Assembly (NCBI GenBank): GCA_002189035.1
Contig: NEEC01000012.1
Coordinates: 1,860,001 to 1,924,000 of the forward strand
Origin: Utricularia gibba
Taxonomy: Eukaryota > Plantae > Magnoliophyta
Length of the DNA stretch: 64,000 nt
Direction of reading: 5' to 3'
Part shown: positions 25,246-39,115 of the stretch, in pieces
How the letters are laid out: each line of letters opens with the position of its first letter
Position numbering within the stretch: the stretch's first letter is position 1
Notes under the pieces: generated by a model
Database searches by the model: none
What the model saw: the letters and a program-made list of their open reading frames with translations, nothing else
Told to the model about the DNA's origin: nothing
Program-made: the position numbers and the translations under genes

Positions 25246-28200
25246 ATGGATCAGCAGGGAATGCTGGTAAACGATGAAGCTCACCTTCGCGGGATTATGG
25301 AAGCTATCGAGCGCGCCTGTCATGACGTTGAGGTTTTATCAAGATTCTGCATCATCTTGTGATTTTAGATAGTTCTTTTTCCCGAATTGGTGAACACTGT
25401 TGCTTTCAGGAAACCGTCCGTAGTATCCGCGATGAAGTTTTTTTTTGCATTTACTTGTTGCTAAGTTCATCGCCGAACACAGTGTGATTTATTTATGTTT
25501 TTGGCTGATACATTAGGTCCTCGAATTTTTTTGTACAGTGAGATTACTGCTGTGCTTTTTTCTTTTTTCTTTCTCAAATTTATAATAGTTAGTTCATGGG
25601 CACAGATGCAAATTAATAGTGCGGCGGCAGAAGCAACGTTGATGTCTTTATGCCAGTCTCAGAGCCCTTACAAAGCATGCCAATTCCTTCTAGGTATGCA
25701 TGGAAAAAGATGCCCTTATGCTATTTATGAATCATGAGGATGCATCCGTTTTTATAAAAAAAATTTTCTGTTGAGCTGTGGACTGTGTAGCGTAATGAAC
25801 TGTTACGGGATACTTTCGTTTTTTTATAGCACTTTATGTTAATTCATATGATATTTACCATTCGAAGTTGATAGCAAGCTTTCTGAATAAAAGCCCGAAC
25901 TAAATAAGGCCAACAGAAGAACATTGTAGAGTAAGGCCCTGTAACCCAACCCAAGGTTCAGGAAAATAAATGTGGTGGTATTCAACTGCAACCAGTGCAT
26001 TAAGGGCTTATTTCTCATGTTGTTTTCCAAAGGCCATTCTTGGCTCATCGTGATGGCCTTTTTTTGGTTTATTGTTCCTTTAGTAGTGTGAATGAGGACA
26101 ATATGCATTGCCTCGTTTATATTGCTATTCATCAATTCTCCTCAAAATTGAGTATGAACCTATCCTAAGCAGCGTTTTTGGAGATATGGTGGTGTGCATT
26201 GTGTGTGTTAAATGGTTGAAAGAGAAAATTCATTTTTTAAAAGATATAAATAACATGTTATGTATCTGTTTAACTTCGAAATTTTATTTTCTCATAAAGA
26301 AAGAAAGTCATATTGATGGTGATCTCATTATTGCTTATCCAGTTGTTAATTTCCCTTTGACAATTCAAAATCATTAGAATATTGACGCTAGAAAAATCAT
26401 TAGAATATTGACATCGTGCATGGAAAGTGATTCGCTAGTTATCTCAGTTCGCATAAAAAAATGTACAGCTCCTATATGTGAAATGCATGATTGTTCTATT
26501 GAATTCCTATATCCTTGTTAACCAGAAAAGGGGCCCTCTCCACTCAGCAATGGTTTACTTAATATTCAGAAAACTCTCAGATGGCACATGCAAGATTTCA
26601 TGCTGCTGGAGCTATTAGGGATGCTGCGATACGTGAATGGGAATTCCTTGGCGGTGATGACAAGAAAGGATTGATCAGGTACTATAGCAAGTTGAGCATA
26701 TACCTGTCGGTAAATGGAGTAAGTTATGCACATTGTATATTGCTTATTGGTGGGCTATTTTTACTTTTTTAACTCCTGGTCGATTGAGAGATGGTAGGTA
26801 AGGTGAAGAGAGAAAGTACCCAGGATCAAACCTTGATGTGATGTTCTAGTGATGAGATCCTTCTTAAATACTGGGGATAATTTCTGTTTAATCATTACTA
26901 GAATATCTCGATCTAAACTGCATAATTCTATCGTCCATCTTTAATGAAATTTTCTCAGTAGTAGCTATCTCGTATAGTATAACTGTATGCTTCCATTGAA
27001 TTTGTGAGAAATTGTAGGGGATTGTTTATTGCATGTTTATTATAATGCTCAATTCGTTTTGCGCAGTTTCTGTTTGCACTTCATTATGCAACATTCTAGT
27101 GCACCAGAGGGTTATGTCATTGAAAAGCTTGCATCAGTTGCTGCTCAACTGTTGAAAAGAGGCTGGTAGGCTCTCTGACCTTTAGCTACTGGTTAATATG
27201 ATCTTAATCATTCGCTCAAACTATTGATTTAATATTTTGAGAATGCTCATGCTGAGTAAAATTACTGCAGTTGGTCTTCAAAGAAACATATATCATTTCA
27301 TGGTAATGCTATTCAACGTGAACTTTGAAATGAGAACTTTATTCACTGTAAAATCTTGAAGTGCTATTGTTTCAAGGATAGAAAATTTGATACTTTATGA
27401 AACCTATAGATGCGAATTCCACTGATCAATGGATGATGTATGATAAGCATGTCAACGTACAATTCATTTTGGCATTTTGATAATAAATCAAATGCACATG
27501 AGTTTTGCCCATTAATTTCAGTAGTCTCAGTCTGCTACTAATTTGAATAAACTTGGTAATGAAATTTGGCTTTTCTTTATCATTTGAGCATTTTCCCATA
27601 CACTTTACCTGCTTGGTGAAAATGTAAATGCATCTTACATTGCGCTGTAAATTTCACCCACACTTAGTTATCGTGTGCTATAAATGAATTTTTCTTAACT
27701 ATTCATGCAGGCTAGGTTTCACAGTAGTTGAGAAAGAGACATTTTTCGTTGAGGTAATAGGGTGTTGGCTGATTCTGCTGTATCTTTTGTTATATTGTGT
27801 GTTAAATTATATATTGACATTTTGTTTATTAGCCTGACTACAAACCCAATAGATGTATTCTGCTGAAGCATGTTTTTTGGGTTTTAGTAGTCATGGGGTG
27901 ATGTATAGATGCTAATGATTTTTTATTGTATTAAATAATTATCAACTTTTCTAAAGGAACATGGGGCTTCTGAGGAACATGTTCAAATTGCTCTATTTAA
28001 TGACGGCGCTTCTCAGAAGTTCAAAGCTTAGTGTTTTTTGTTGTAGAATATCACTTATATGACATTGAAAGTTGTGAATTCTTCTCGTTTCAATTTATTT
28101 AGAAATTAAAGATCGATATTGGGATTTTTTATTGCTTCTCTTTATGTTTATATGCTAACAATTATGAGGAAACTGGTTGTTTCTTTCAGGTGAAAAAGGC

Positions 28201-31200
28201 TGTTGAAGGAAATCACGGACTGGATATGCAGTTTTCTGGAATTAGGTTTTTGGAATCTTTGGTATGTTTATTCTTGAAAATATACAGGATACTTCAGCTT
28301 TTGTTGTTTGTGTTAAAGTGTATCTTGTTTTCTGCAAGAGCAGGTCTCAGAATTCTCACCCTCTACATCAACTGCTATGGGCCTTCCTAGAGAATTCCAT
28401 GAGCAATGCCGATCGTCATTGGAGCATGATTATCTGAAGGTTTTTTCCTTGTTCCAGAATTTACATGAGCATTCTATGACCAATCATTTTTTTCTCTTCT
28501 TCAGTATTACTTCTCGCTTTTTGGGAGTCATGTCGTTACCTTGTTCACTTAACAGGCATTTTATACTTGGGCTCAGAATGCTGCTTTTTGTACGTCAAAT
28601 GCAATAATCGTATCTGACTCAGAAGTTCCAGAAGTGAAAGTCTGTTCAGCAGCTCTGAGTTTGATGCTTCAAATACTGAAATGGGAATTTCAGGGCAACA
28701 AGGGCAGTGAAAGTTTAAAAAAAGGGATTGATCAATTCAATGACACAAGGAAACCGGATGCTAACTCTTTGACATCTGGTTGCATTTTGGTGCAGGTGAG
28801 TTCAAAGAACAATCTCACTAGAAACATATATGCATCTAAGTTTTAGTTGTGCACTATACATTCAATTAAGAATGATCACACTACAAATTCTGTTGTTATA
28901 TCAAATTTGTGGTTGTTCCATGGCTTGATCAATTTTCCATGCTAGATGGAAAGGAATTTTGATGTATGATTCTGTATCTTTTTTTCTGTTTTGTATGATT
29001 GATATCTTCTTTAATTTTTAGTTGTCCGAATGTCATTCTTCTCAATTGTCAGATATCAATGTCTTTGAATATTTTTGTTTTTTTCCATTTTCTGGATATT
29101 TAAAAATCCATTTCTTGTCATTCATGAAGCCTGGCCCTGCTTGGTATGATGTATTGATTTCATCTGGCCATGTGGGATGGCTGATAAACTTCTATACAGT
29201 ATTGAGGAAGAAGCCTGGCTACTGCTTTGATTCCCCTGTTGAGCTTTCAGCACGTGAACTTTTAGTGCAACTTTGCTCCTTAACGGGAACCATCTTTTCA
29301 GGTAGACTTGAGCCTAGAGTATGTTCTTTCCTAGGATCTTTATATTTTTTCTGTTAGGATATCTCCATGGTGTCTCTATCTCCCTTTTCATTAAGTGGCT
29401 CATTGTCCTGTTTGATCTGAAGGTTAAGAAGAGTTGCTAATTTCAACCTGGGCGAGTGTACATCCATTTTGAAGAAGGCTTTTTCTTTTTTTTTTTTTTA
29501 CTTAGTGATCTTTTAGCAGTTACGTGAATGGTGGTGGTGTTTGATAATGACACCAATCTTCGTAAATGAAAAGACATGCAAATGTAAAGGTTTTCATGTT
29601 TCTTTACTTGGTATTTGTGATTTTGGGATGGAGCATATTTGGAATATGTGTAACTTGTACTTGAAACTGTAATCGGTTTACAAGATAAAATATCATTCCT
29701 TGTGGCTTCATAATATGACTTGGGTGCGTTGTCTTGTTGCTGTTGTTTATACCTTGGAGATGTATTCCTTGTTTTACCCTGTCGTGGTCATATATATACA
29801 AATTCCCATTGGTGTTTTGACAGTTGTGGTTGCTTAGTTTAGAACTTATCCAAATTGCCACTTATAAGAATCTAATTAAGTGCTGAAAAGAGACAGTTAG
29901 CAGAATAAGCCAGGGCTAGCATTTGTAATTTTGAGATCGTATCATCTTTTTTTTCTTCTTTTCAAAATTTTCACTTCAGCGTCAAGAGTTCTTTTTTCTT
30001 AAAAAAAATGTGATGTAGAGTCATTTAATCGTTTAGTGATTAGTATTTGTATTTGGAATTTAGATAAGGAGCATTCACAAAGGCAGCACCTCATGCAGCT
30101 CCTAGCTGGAATTGTAGAGTGGATTGAACCTCCTGATGCAGTTACCAGAGCAATTAAAAATGGAAAAAGTGAATGGTACATAATCAATAAAAATGTATCT
30201 TTGGTTTTTGTTTTGGTGTTCTCATTCCATGTTTTCAGGGAGCTGTTGGATGGGTGCCATGCACTTCTGTCAATGTCAAATGTCACAACCCCTACCATGT
30301 TTGATGAGCTATTGAAATCATTGAGGTCAGATGCCGAAAAATTATTGTGTTTTTTGATGTATCCATCTCTCTTTTCCCTGTACAATCTGAAAAGAATTTT
30401 ATGTTCCTATGGATTTTCCAAAACACAATGTTGCTGTCATGTGAAAAATTGACATTTAGAGATCTTCTTATCTATATACTTTTTCTTAAAAAAATTATGT
30501 CTGGTTTGTACTCCCCACTGGCAGCTGCCATCATATATGCAAGATTGGTTATCTGCAGATAATTTCATTAAAAACTTTTGTCGTGCCATATCGCAGACCT
30601 TATGGGACAATTACGCTATTATCTGCTTTGATGCATGAGGTCATTAAAGATGTCACAAATAATTATGCTGAAGAAGGATCCTGGAGCTGGATCGCACGTA
30701 ACATACTATTAGATACATGGACATTGCTTTTAACGGTACTTTGCTGCTTTAAAAATTCTCCTGTTTTTTTAAGGTTTAGGTTTAGCGTATCATACCTCTA
30801 AGGCAGGTGTTTGGTTTAGTCTATGTATGTTTATGGTGGACTGAATTCTTCATTCTACTTCAGCTCGAGTAATTATTGTGTTTGTAAACTGCAGCCATTA
30901 AATAGTGGTGGGCTGAAGCATTCAGTTGATTCTGACTGGGCTACTTCTGCTGCTCAAATTTTCAAAATGATCGTAGAATCTGAAATGATGGGTGATTTTG
31001 CTGTGTTGTTTCTTTATTTGATTTTTTCCTAAATTCCATCGGTGCTGAATTCTCATTCTTTTACGCTGTATCTTAAACAGCTGCTTCTGCATCGGCATTT
31101 AGTGATCATGATGAGGATGATGGCCATCTTGCTTCAGTTTCAGGTATCTTACCTGTTAGGTACATAAACCTGCTATGGAAAGCCAACAAACATTGTTTTC

Positions 31201-32337
31201 GTTCATGCATCTTCATGTTGATCATTTTCATATATTTCTTGGTTTAGCTATGGACGAGAGATTGAGTTCTTATGCTCTCATTGGTCGAGCAGCATTAGGA
31301 TCAGCTATTCATCTTCTCACTAAACTTTTTGAGGACCATGTATTGATGCTTCATCAGGTGATAATTTTTTTTTCTCCTTGATCGGAACTGACTGTTTTGC
31401 TACATAATTTATCTTAATCCAAAAATAATGAAATACATGCCTAGGATAATCTAGGGATGTGAAAGAAGGGCTGGTGACCATGGTTCTTCAATCATCATTT
31501 AGTGTGTGCCGCTCAAATAACGAAAACTATTTTTTAATTTCCAATTAGACGTGAAAATAACCGTTCACAATTTTTTAATGTAGGGAAAAGGTACAAGTGA
31601 TCCAACTGAAACTATGGAACGCCTTTATTCTCTATTAAAATTAGTTGGTCATATTTTGGCTGATGAAGGTCTAAGTGAAACTCCAATGGTAATGATGATG
31701 TTTCTTTGTTCTATTTTATTAGAAATATTCCTCTTGATATATTTTACATGGCTGGAAACATGTCAAGGTACTGAGTTATTTCAAGGAACGGGGACATGAT
31801 TAGTCTGTGTTCAGAAAATATATTGACCTTGTGGAATATCTGCCTGGAATAATATAAATGGTTCAGACTAGAAATTTTTTGTTCCCGTTCCATATCTTAT
31901 GTTGATCTCATATTATTTTGCCGCTTGGCCTATTTTGTGGTAGATTTTTTCAATAGAATTCATGTAGCATTTTGTATCACTTTCTATTAGTTAGTTTGGT
32001 CTTGATGCTTGTGTCTTCTCTGAGTCGATTTGTCTTCATTAGAGAATTTTTTCCTATACATTTCTTTGTGAGTCGTTCTCTTTCTATTACTATGGCGTAT
32101 TATACTATAGAACTTATTTACCTTTAGCTTGCTGATATATTTCCCCTGCAAATTTTTTAGGTTCCATTGGAGGTGGATCTGCATTTTTCTAATGAAAATC
32201 AGATAGAAAACCACCCTGTTATCAAAATTTCCAGGTGAGGCTGATCATGCTTCATTGGAGCATCGTAGCAGTTACTTTAGACTACTGCATTCTGTGATGC
32301 CGGATCATTTACCGCAGAAATTTATTTCAATAAAGTG

Positions 32338-32373
<36 letters not shown>

Positions 32374-35300
32374 TATATATATGTGTGTATTTGCATGAAG
32401 ATAATCCGTTATAAAAAGTGTTTATTAATATCAAGATAGATGTGTTTTTTCGTTTTATATTTTTCCCGCAAACGTTTATACTTTTTGGACTTAATACAGT
32501 TCAATCATAACATTTGCTGCTCAAAGTTTGGATCCTGAGGCCAGAATGTCTTTTTTTAGTCCAAGACTCATGGAGGTAACAATATGGCATCTTTCATTTC
32601 TGGTTTCTGTATGTACTTCTTTGATTAGTTAATGATGCAATTTGTGGTCACTGTGTTGCTAATATACCTGAGTCTTTATTCTAGGCAGTCATATGGTTTT
32701 TAGCAAGGTGGTCTCTAACTTACCTGATGCCCTCTGTGGACACTGGAGTCTCAGAAAACTCCAAATTTCTACACACGTTCTTTGCTGAGAACAATCAGGG
32801 AATGCTTGTCCTTGACATTCTTGTTCGTATCTCATTAAATACCCTTGTTTCATATCCAGGGGAGAAGAACTTGCAGGCATCAAATTGCCCTTATCTTTTT
32901 TACTCACTGTTTGCAGTGCAGAATGAATGACTGAATAAGTTTTAACAATACAGGCGTTAACTTGTCATCATTTGATCCATGCACTTGTGAAACGGAAAAA
33001 TATCGTTTCTTGTGTGGTGAAAATGGTAAGTAGCATTCTCTGATGTTGTCTGATTATTTATTTCACTTATTTTTTGAGTCCCTGGCTTCAAACGTGTGCT
33101 TGGTAACGGTGTAAATCATGGGGTGGAAAAAGGAGTTTTTTTTAAATATAATTAATATGAATTACAATGAAAAACATAGGGTGGGATACAGGAATTTTTC
33201 TATCAGGAGAATTAAAAATACACGAACTGCAAGAGGTAGTGTTCGTAGGACTTCAGCATGTAGGTGACTCCAAACCCTTGCTTACTGTTGATTCTGGGAG
33301 CTTGGTGTGGCTCGAATGCAACCGCACTGTCTGTATGAAAATGAAGCCCTTAATTCCATGCAGGACTCTGCGCTTGATGTTGTTTGTTTCCATGCAGGAC
33401 TCATGGCGTGACTTTGCACATGCTTTTTCTAGTGATAGAGCATTATTATCATTACATTCTGCTCACCAGGTACTCACGTTTAATATTCATTATGGTAGGA
33501 AGCGTTCTTTGTATCCTTTGCATGTAGGATAATATTTCATACTGATAGCATGATAAGCATAGTATGCTTAATCGTTGAGTTTCTCAAGATTATGCCAAGC
33601 CAACATGTTTTTCGCATTACCATGGATAGATGAATTCGTGTTTCAAGATGATTGTCTTCTGCAGTAGTGTTGATGTATTACAAGAGCAAATCTGATGACT
33701 CTTTCAGCATGGAATTCCTGTTTTTTTTTTCCTTCGTTTACATGCTTTTATACCTTCTTTGTTCTAAATTGTTTTTTTTTTTTTTTTACTGGAAGCCTGT
33801 TATTTGTCTTGTATTACTTTGCTGGAAAGAAACTAACTCTGCTTTTTTGCAGCGATCACTTGCTCAGGCATTTGCTCTTTCTGCTTCTGGAATCAAAGAT
33901 CCTCAGTTATTATTTGAGTAAGTTGATGCATGACTTTCAATATTTTCAGGTTCATTGCAGTTTTCATACTATTCTGCTTGTATAAATTTTTTGCTAACTA
34001 ACATTCATAGGTATCTGGAAAATTTGACAAGACACATGACAGATTATTTGGTGAATCTGTCAACACTAATGATCTAAAGGAAATTGCTCAGAAGCCTGAT
34101 GTCATTTTATGGGTACTGGTTGCTCAAATCATTCATTTTATATGTACATGGAGCATGTCACATCGTTAGCTTCTACCATAGGTTAGTTGTTCGTTGGAAC
34201 GGTTACGTGGAGTTGCAAGGTCATCACAACCTTCTACGCAGAAGGCTATATATCAGATTGGATCCGCACTGATGAGGCCTTTCATGGCCCTTCTTGAAGC
34301 CTACAAAGATGAGGTAACTTTAACTTTTTCTTGCAAAGAAATAAATGTTTTGTTTAATGTAAAAGTTATTTATTTTGTACTGGTGTTGGTAACATGGAGT
34401 GAGACTCACTTTTACGTGCGATGCATTGACATGGTTTTCCCTTTTTAGCACTGTTTCGTCACCTTGACCTTGCTATGCATGCAACACTTGGTTGATTTTA
34501 CCTCGTACATTTCTTCAAATCTTCCTTAATAAAAGTGGAAAAAATGATGGTGCAAATACCGTTTCCCTTAAAGGCCCCAAGTACTAGCTATAATATTGTT
34601 AGCACTGCCAGGTGTAGTATTTGGTGTATGCCCTGGAAGTGGCAAAACTGCAAGCATGTTCACAGCTATTATGGAGAATTTTGTTTTTGAATAACAATCT
34701 ATGCAACCCTTCTTTAATATTGTTCGCTCCATGTTCTATGGTCATTATAATTGTCGCATGGCTGTGATACAAGAATAATAATTTTTATTCATAGTTTGTA
34801 GTTTTCTATCTGCTACTCAAATTTGTTGCCGAATGGGTGGATGGCCAACTTATCTACTTGGAGGCTCGAGAAAGCGCTGCTGTCATTGACTTTTGCATGC
34901 ATGTTCTTCAGTTCTACTCATCTCACAATACCAGAAAGGTAACCTGATATAACAGAAGCTTTTTTTCAATTATATATCTATTCATGCATATAGAAATGCA
35001 CAACCAACAAAATTTCAATGTGCAGCATAGATGCGCATTTTGGAAACGACTATTCTACAAATTGTTTCTTTCATTATAGTCTTCACGTCATTTTTTTTCA
35101 TTATTTTTTTCTATTATTTTTTTAATTATTTTAAACAGTTCCTTGGATTCCTTATCTGCTTCACAGGTTCCATTAAGTCTCTCAAGTGCTTTACAAAATC
35201 AAGCAGATGTGGAGAAGTACAAGGATCTACGGGCACTTCTAAAACTTATCTCAACTTTATGTTCCAAAGATCTTGTAAAGTTTTTGATACTGCATCTATC

Positions 35301-37333
35301 TGTGTTTTCTAGTACTTGTTGTCTCCTTATTTCATTACATACGGTGTATGCCAAGAGATTTAGCCACAGGGATCTGCCTACGTGTTTTAATCAGATTTTT
35401 GACTTAGAGTTTTCCTTGTTACTTCGTGTTAGCAGCTAAAGTACTCATCATTAGGAGTTTTGTTTGTTTTCATTCAAACGCAAGCTTTTATGCTTGATCT
35501 CCAAGCATCGCATAACGTTTAAGTTCATGCATTTCTAGATACAGCATTGAAACCTGAAGGCAAAAAGCGTCTTCCAGGATGTTACTTAGGCTTATTCTTG
35601 TCATGTTCTGTGGTGTGGAATAGTTGTTTATAACCTCCTCACGCAATGAGTTTGATGTTTGGTATAAACCATCAGTAATCAGAAGATGCTCATTGGATGC
35701 TAACTTAGCAATCACTCAACATCGTTTATCTTCTTCCGTTATTAGTAATTAGTATTTTGAGAATTCGATTTTTTTGCAGGTTGACTTTGCTGCTGAACCA
35801 ATTGAAGCTTATGGTACAAGTATTTGTCGGGTAGTTAATGCAATATTTATAGCGTGATTCTTCATGTAATTTCTTTTTGACGTGCATTAAATATGCGAAG
35901 TGAACATACCAGATGATTTTTTTGCTATCAAAATTTCTTTTATAGGTACTATACACGGGTCTCTGTGTTCTAGCCCCATTGATCACTCCAGAGATGTTGA
36001 AGTACCCTAAGCTTTCTCACAGTGTATGCGTCTTTTCACTCTGGTTAAGACGCAGCAAATATGGAAGATAATACTTTTTTCTGTTCTGTGATAGTATTTC
36101 TCGCTGCTCTCACATATGCTGGAGGTTTATCCAGAAGTCCTTGCACAGCTAACCACAGAATCATCAAATCTAATATGTGGATCTCTTGATTTCGGCCTTC
36201 ATACATCGGTATAATAGTGAAATTATCCTTTTTTTTTTGTTTTGTTGTAGCTATTCCATTTCTTGCAGCGTGAATCTGGCTTGTACTGGTCCTTTTTATC
36301 TGTCTGCTTTTGGATAAGAAATAAACATTAAAACGATGGCTTTTGTTCACAATGCGGGGTTCAACATATGCATTATTTCATCAACACAATGATTGCTTTA
36401 ATCTGTACGCAACACACTACATGGTACCATTGAGGGAGTGCTGACTAGAAACTTTATTGTATTTCAAAAATGGAATTTGTTAGTATCTCCCACATTTGCG
36501 GAATGCTTGAAAGGAGCATCATTTTAGAGTTCGAATTACTTCATTGCCTTCTATCATCAATTTGAATTTTTGGTTATTGAATGTTCACATTTCTTATTGC
36601 CCGTCGAAAGTATCGGATCCTGATGTTTTACTTGCCATGTTACACCCTTTTCTCAGGATGTTGAAGCTGTTGATTTCAGTCTAAGAGCTGTTCAGGCGCT
36701 TGCATCTCATCACTACAAAGAAAAGTGTGCCGGAAAAGTTGGTTTAGGAGTGCATGCAACCTGTTACCACGATTCAGCTGGAAATTTCCATGAAGGAATT
36801 CTCACCAAGTTCCTACGTTCATTGATGCAACTTCTCCTCTTTGAAGATTACAGGCATGTGATGATGTATATAAACTTGTCATTGATTCTTATAAAACCCA
36901 AAATTGCTTTAGTCGAAGACCATTCCGCTTTCATGTACATTCCTATACTGTGTTCGTGGACAATGATCCCGAGAACCTCAGTCTGACTCTTGTCTTTCTT
37001 ACTTGCAGTACTGATCTGGTCAGTTCTGCCGCAGACACACTCCTTCCATTGATTCTATGCGAACCCGGTGTTTATCAGGTAAACTAACCTCACCATCATT
37101 GCAACACAGTTATGCTCTTTCATTCACCATTTTCTTGTTTTCAGAGTATGGCGAGTGAGCTAACGGAAAAGCAGTTGAATCCAGCGTTCCGATCCCGGCT
37201 AACGAATGCTTTCCAGTCCCTCACAACATCGAATGGCCTTTCTTCAACCCTCAACCGCCATAACAACCAAATATTCAGAAAAAACCTACACAGGTTTCTC
37301 ACAGAAGTCCGTGGGTTCCTGCGTACTGTCTAA
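25246..37333 (+). CDS. XPO4: Exportin-4-like importin-beta family protein, many exons
   Basis: AAAEATLMSLCQSQSPYKACQFLLENSQMAHARFHAAGAIRDAAIREWEFL, VSEFSPSTSTAMGLPREFHEQCRSSLE, WSWIARNILLDTW, MDERLSSYALIGRA, EDYSTDLVSSAADTLLPLILCEPGVYQ, FRKNLHRFLTEVRGFLRTV*. Not every exon was traced. Confidence 0.93.
32338..32370. repeat. Compound (CT)n(CA)n microsatellite in an XPO4 intron
   Basis: Directly visible dinucleotide run. Confidence 0.9.
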
Positions 37334-37759
37334 AAATCTTTGCCGTGAGTTGATTGAGATGCCCGAAGCCCCGAGGTTCTCTCGGAATCCCTCCCCGCCA
37401 TGGCATATCCTGCTTCTTTTTGGTAAGGCGTGATGAATGATGACTTGGGGGACGTGTGCTGCCTGCCCTCTCCATTTTTGTGCAGCTGCATATTCATTTG
37501 TTCAAATTCATGGTGTTTTGTCTGAGTTCCTTTTCTTGTAATTACGAATCATATCAAAAGTATTTTTTTCTTCCATGGTTTACATTGCTATTGCCATCGT
37601 GAACTGCATATGCTAGATAAAGTCTTTTGGATTGTAAAAAGCAATGGGAATCTTACACTTGCTGCAACAGTGCGACAAATGAAAGAATGTGTTGGTGAGC
37701 TACATGGCTAAATGTGTGATCCAGATTAACAGGAAAGGGGATTTATTTGTCCCTCAGGC

Positions 37760-38883
37760 TCAGGAGAAGGGGGACGGCAAGGCTGTGCAGTTGAGGGCGG
37801 CGAGGGTGGGCTGGATGAGGCTCTGCTCGATGCGGACGGCGATCTCCTGTGTGAAGTGGATGCCATCCCAAAACATGTGGTGTGCGGGGTCCGAGCACAC
37901 GGGCACTCCTGCAGTCCCGCAGAACCTGTTGCTGCTGTAGTCGTACTCTCCTCCGATGCCGCAGCACGCCTTCAGGGCGGTGTCCGCGTGTCCCTCTGCA
38001 ACACACGCCATAACCAGTCAAAAATCGGAACCACGGGTGTATCTATGTATGCATGTGCGTACCTTGATTTAATCTGTCGAGGACCTGCAAGAAGCCCTCG
38101 TCGAAGGCTCCGTAGATGAGGGTGACGTTGGGGAACTCCTGCCCCAAACTGTTGATGCCTCGCCGGAGATAATTGTTCTTCAGGTTGATGAGTCTGTTGA
38201 CGCTGTTGAGGCATCCCAAACGGTCGTACGCCGCGGGATCATCGGAGGGCATGGCGGAGAGGATGTAGGGGAAGCAGCCGAGGGGAGCACTTGCGGGGAT
38301 GACGATGAGCCTGGCGCCCATGGTGATGAGCTCCTGCAAGGCAAGCGGGGTTGGTATCAGTATGCTCTGAAGAACATGGAGGAGAGCTGGACAGAAATGA
38401 ATTGGTTAGTTAGTTACCCTGGTGGCCTTGATTTGTTCTCTGGTGATGGGGCCGATGTAGGACTGCGCTTCCTGGAGGGTTCTCCCTTGCGTCAAGGCGT
38501 ATCCGATGTCATTTGCCTCGAGGTCCCCCAAGAGCACGAGCGAATTGGCCAGCCTGTTGGGGATGCAGTCGGCCGAGGATGAGCCGCACACCGACCGGAG
38601 GTGGGTTCTGAACCATTCGAGCTGGGTGGTGAGGGAAACTGCGTAGGGCGGGATCCGAATGCCCCGGCGAGAGAAGAACCCGTGGTCCATCACCGGACTC
38701 CTGGCGACCGAAAAGATGACGCCGTTGCTGGAATTGGACCTCTCCGACAGGTAAGGAACTATCTCCGGGAACCCGAAGTCAAAGGCGGCGAAGTCGAAAT
38801 CAACGAGGCCGTCGGACCATCGCCCGTTGGGCGTGCCGGGATAAGTCCGGCCGTAGGGGGCACGCGTGTCGGGCAATGATCTC
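37760..38883 (-). pseudogene. GDSL copy A: 5'-truncated acetylajmalan-esterase-like GDSL gene
   Basis: Nearly identical to copy C from gagatcattg (RSLPDTRAPYGRTYPG) through both introns to PSPFS* at 37760. The start codon, signal peptide and block I are replaced by copia LTR sequence at 38884. Confidence 0.9.
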
Positions 38884-39115
38884 TAAACAAGCAAATAAAG
38901 AATAGCTAGAGGAAGATGAGCGCAGTAAAATATTTCCGTAAAAAAAATCAGCTCTATGCATGAAAAAAAACAGCAGTCTACAAGGCTTATTTCAAGAAGA
39001 CTAAAAACCAGAACACACGCAAAGAACGTGGGTATATCACACGAAACCTCCTCTGCACGCTTTTCTGCACATCAGCAGGTTTAGCCCAGCTATTCCATAA
39101 TAACGTTCCTCTTTA
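38884..39115 (-). repeat. Putative 3' LTR of the copia element (~232 bp)
   Basis: Begins right after the PPT (TAAAG...) and ends where identity to the GDSL gene resumes (...GTTTA). There is no second LTR to confirm it. Confidence 0.55.

Noticed and set aside
26367-26412. 20-bp direct repeat aaaatcattagaatattgac separated by 6 bp
   Set aside because: A local intronic tandem duplication or transposon footprint with only two units; not a CRISPR array.
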